Below, piece after piece: positions 61,921 through 64,000 of a stretch of 64,000 nt of DNA; the first letter of the stretch is position 1, and each line of letters starts with the position of its first letter. The stretch is from Azolla caroliniana (lineage: Eukaryota; Plantae; Polypodiophyta): the NCBI GenBank assembly GCA_043228905.1, contig JBHGNT010000002.1, positions 21,204,001 to 21,268,000 on the forward strand, read 5' to 3'. Under the pieces are notes generated by a model that did not search any database, was not told the origin of the DNA, and saw nothing but the letters and a program-made list of their open reading frames with translations. Both the position numbers and the translations under genes were made by a program.

Positions 61921-61929
61921 CATGCTGTT

Positions 61930-62392
61930 ACGAGCATGACCATTTAATATCCCGTGGTGAGAATTTACCGTAGTATTCTATACACGTGGATAAGTGTGAG
62001 GGTTCAACGAGAGTGTAAAGAAGGGGAGGATTACTTTTAATCCTCAGGATTGAGACAACCCATTAGGTCAAGTGTGAACTTGCCTGGGGGCCTTGGGTAT
62101 CGCTATAAATAAGAGGCCTAGCTACCCTCATTTGATCATCTTTGGACTACATTGAGACTCTGCTCTTGTGGTGGGTCAACTCTTGTAGCGAGCGCGCTAG
62201 CACCAGGTACGAGTCGACGCCACGATGGTGGTATGGGACACCGATCAAGGCTCGAGTTCGTCTCGATCCCTTCGCTTGGGGGTGGTCGGGTGGATCGGCA
62301 CCCTTCTTTCTCTTTCTCCTTTCTATCTATCATTTGTTTATCCTTATCTTAAGCTTACTTTAGTACCTAGATCTCTAATCTTTGGTATCAGA
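61930..62392 (+). mobile_element. Probable 5' LTR with initiator-Met tRNA PBS
   Basis: CTATAAATAAG near 62103, pyrimidine-rich downstream region, TGGTATCAGA at 62383-62392. The 5' boundary is uncertain and no coding region was recognised downstream. Confidence 0.5.
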
Positions 62393-62629
62393 TTTATGTA
62401 CTAATGTTTCTTTGTTTTTCATTTGTCGTTTGATTGATGGTGATCGATCGATGTGCAGTCGGCCTTGATCCAGACAACGATCAACAAAGAACTTTGGTAA
62501 CTCCTTCCATAATTTTTTTTTCTATTCTCTCTTCTCCCATCTAATCATGTGTTTAGTTTATATGTCATTTTTTTTCATTAAGTCAATGATGTTGTAGTGG
62601 TCTTTAATTGATTATCTAAAACGTTTACA

Positions 62630-62885
62630 TATGTGCACGAGGTCAATACCTCGTTTGACATATTAATAATATGTGATGAGTGTCGTATGCATACGAGGTT
62701 AATACCTCAATTACGTATTACGTTCACGAACATATGTTACGTTTGCGTATGAGTTTAATACCTTGATTTGTTGTAAATGATATGCGGTTGGTCTCGTATG
62801 CGTAAGAGGTCAATACCTCAATTGTGTATTATTAAGATGATCTCTTATTTGTGGATGTTTCGTGTGCGTAGAGGTATATACCTCG
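62630..62885. repeat. Five ~56-bp repeats, each with a GAGGT-loop-ACCTC hairpin
   Basis: Hairpins at 62639, 62695, 62751, 62806 and 62871. Confidence 0.75.
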
Positions 62886-64000
62886 ATTACGTATCTCGAT
62901 CACATCATTTGTAGCTATTTAATATAACGATATGTTAATATAGGCATATGTGGTCACGTATATACGTATTTGATTGTATATATGTGATAAGTAAACATAT
63001 GTGTATATTCGTTATTACGTGATTATATTGAAAGTTGTCCTTGTCGGGAAAAGGATGTTGGTGGCCGTCCTCACATTTTTGTGAGAATGGCGTTGTCACC
63101 ATCCCTTTTTCAACAATTTTTTATTGTTGACAACCCCGTTGATAACCTCGATTTCGTTACGTAAAGAAACGCCTATAGCCATAATGATGTTGAGTACGTA
63201 GGGCTTGACCCACTTCAAGTGAGGTCGCTCCAATGACACACGTATCCAACATCCCTCCCTCGTTACATGGATACGATGCCACCATGAGCTCGGTCTTACG
63301 AGAGGCATTCGTAATGACGTGACCATGTGATGGGCCACGTGGGCCTACTACGAAATGAGCGCTCATTTGGCTTGACCATTAGGTTGCACTTTGGCGTATG
63401 CCATCGTAATTACGAGACTTGAGGTTAGGTAACGTACCAACATAGTTTGGTAAATGAGGGCGAAATAAGGACCCTTGACATATATGTTCTTTTAAAAAAA
63501 AACATATATGATCAAATGCCTCGCATATCTCTTATACGCATTAAACATTAAGCATTCGAGAAGAGCAACTCACTTGGTTGGCTCAAGTGTTTAATGTATT
63601 TGCTCTTGAGGTCTCGAGTTCAAATATGACCAAGACCATACAACATCCTTGATACATATGACTATAATACATGTTTAGACTTAAGGTCTAAGTGCACCTC
63701 GGGGTCCTCGTAATAGGACTTAAAGAGCCGAAACCACATATGTGGGCACCGAAACATAGTTTATTGTTAACATTTTTTTCGTGTATAAACTATTCATGAC
63801 ACGAACATACATGGTTGAGCCTCGGGGAGCCGCCATGAAAAATCGATATAGAGATCAGGGAAAGACATTAAATTGTCACCCCCATGGTTTTTAAAACACC
63901 TTTGTGTTACCATAGTAACTTGATCTTCAACCTCATCTCAGACGTCTAGAGGGGTATTGACGTGAGATCATGATATCGATTAATGTTTGCCCATGATATG

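Noticed and set aside
63096-63366. Short minus-strand ORFs near the window end
   Set aside because: No recognisable motifs or splice structure.

Overview
AT-rich eukaryotic, TE-dense DNA. A non-seed land plant is my inference from the spliceosomal introns, a plant GLR gene and a Tcn1-type chromovirus. The only intact host gene is a 5-exon glutamate-receptor-like (GLR) channel on the minus strand (27747-35947, 457 aa as spliced by hand) that lacks the amino-terminal domain. The rest is nested, decayed Ty3/gypsy and Ty1/copia retrotransposons and solo LTRs, plus four copies (two subfamilies) of an unusual cut-and-paste DNA transposon. The near-complete copy (49828-59556) has three parts: a Sola1-like DDD transposase; a divergently oriented, intron-containing gene for a ParB-like domain fused to a beta-class amino-DNA methyltransferase (DIPY...DLFSGT); and an array of about 16 palindromic 31-bp repeats with mostly 20-bp spacers inside the predicted first intron of that gene. 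A second subfamily copy (7412-11279; TIRs plus AAAT target-site duplication) has lost most of both genes but keeps a different palindrome array with the same CGAT-N7-ATCG core. This transposase + ParB-MTase + palindrome-array module is the candidate undescribed system. All copies here are pseudogenised, and family names come from motif recognition, not database searches.
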